This document shows, one piece after another, positions 60,445 through 64,000 of a stretch of 64,000 nucleotides of DNA. Numbering within the stretch: the stretch's first letter is position 1; the number at the start of each line of letters is the position of its first letter. The stretch spans positions 1 through 64,000 of the forward strand of contig CM000153.2 of NCBI GenBank assembly GCA_000004695.1, written 5' to 3'. The notes under the pieces are model-generated. The model had not been told where the DNA came from and made no database searches. It worked only from the letters and a program-made list of their open reading frames with translations. Source of the DNA: Dictyostelium discoideum (taxonomy: Eukaryota). A program made the translations under genes and the position numbers.

Positions 60445-64000
<3,556 letters not shown>

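Overview
This window is best read as nuclear DNA from a social amoeba of the Dictyostelium type. The basis is roughly 75-80% A+T, long (AAT)n/(CAA)n tracts that encode poly-Asn/Gln inside otherwise conserved proteins, and many short AT-rich spliceosomal introns with GTAAGT...AG ends. It is not a prokaryotic locus. There are no operons, no CRISPR arrays and no rRNA.

The first ~9 kb are gene-poor and full of repeats. They contain two N gaps, three copies of one element terminus, many hairpins and palindromes, a ~1.1 kb foldback element and a tRNA-like fragment. This probably marks a mobile-element insertion hot spot.

From 9 kb to 64 kb the window is gene-dense, with about 20 protein-coding genes on both strands. 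Exon/intron models below were reconstructed by eye from the ORF track, and splice coordinates may be off by one or two bases.

Genes with confident homology:
- an ABCB7/Atm1-type ABC half-transporter
- MCM7
- protein farnesyltransferase alpha subunit
- a TBC1D20-like RabGAP
- a RasGAP-domain protein
- an MFS transporter
- a RapGAP-domain protein
- an ELMO-domain protein
- a UfSP2-like C78 peptidase
- FAD synthetase
- a P4-type flippase ATPase carrying very large poly-Asn insertions
- an RsuA/RluB-family pseudouridine synthase

Less certain calls:
- a Hyccin/FAM126-like protein
- a cysteine-repeat type I membrane glycoprotein
- several low-complexity hypothetical proteins

Non-coding candidates worth a second look:
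- a C/D-box snoRNA-like sequence at 59276-59396
- a DUSE-like promoter motif with a short T-terminated transcript candidate at 59448-59568
- a nested-stem structured element at 3741-3862
- a perfect 30-bp hairpin at 17136-17226
- a G-run (G-quadruplex-capable) tract at 38180-38300

I found no compact, previously undescribed multi-gene system. The novelty here lies in the repeat cluster and the candidate small-RNA loci.
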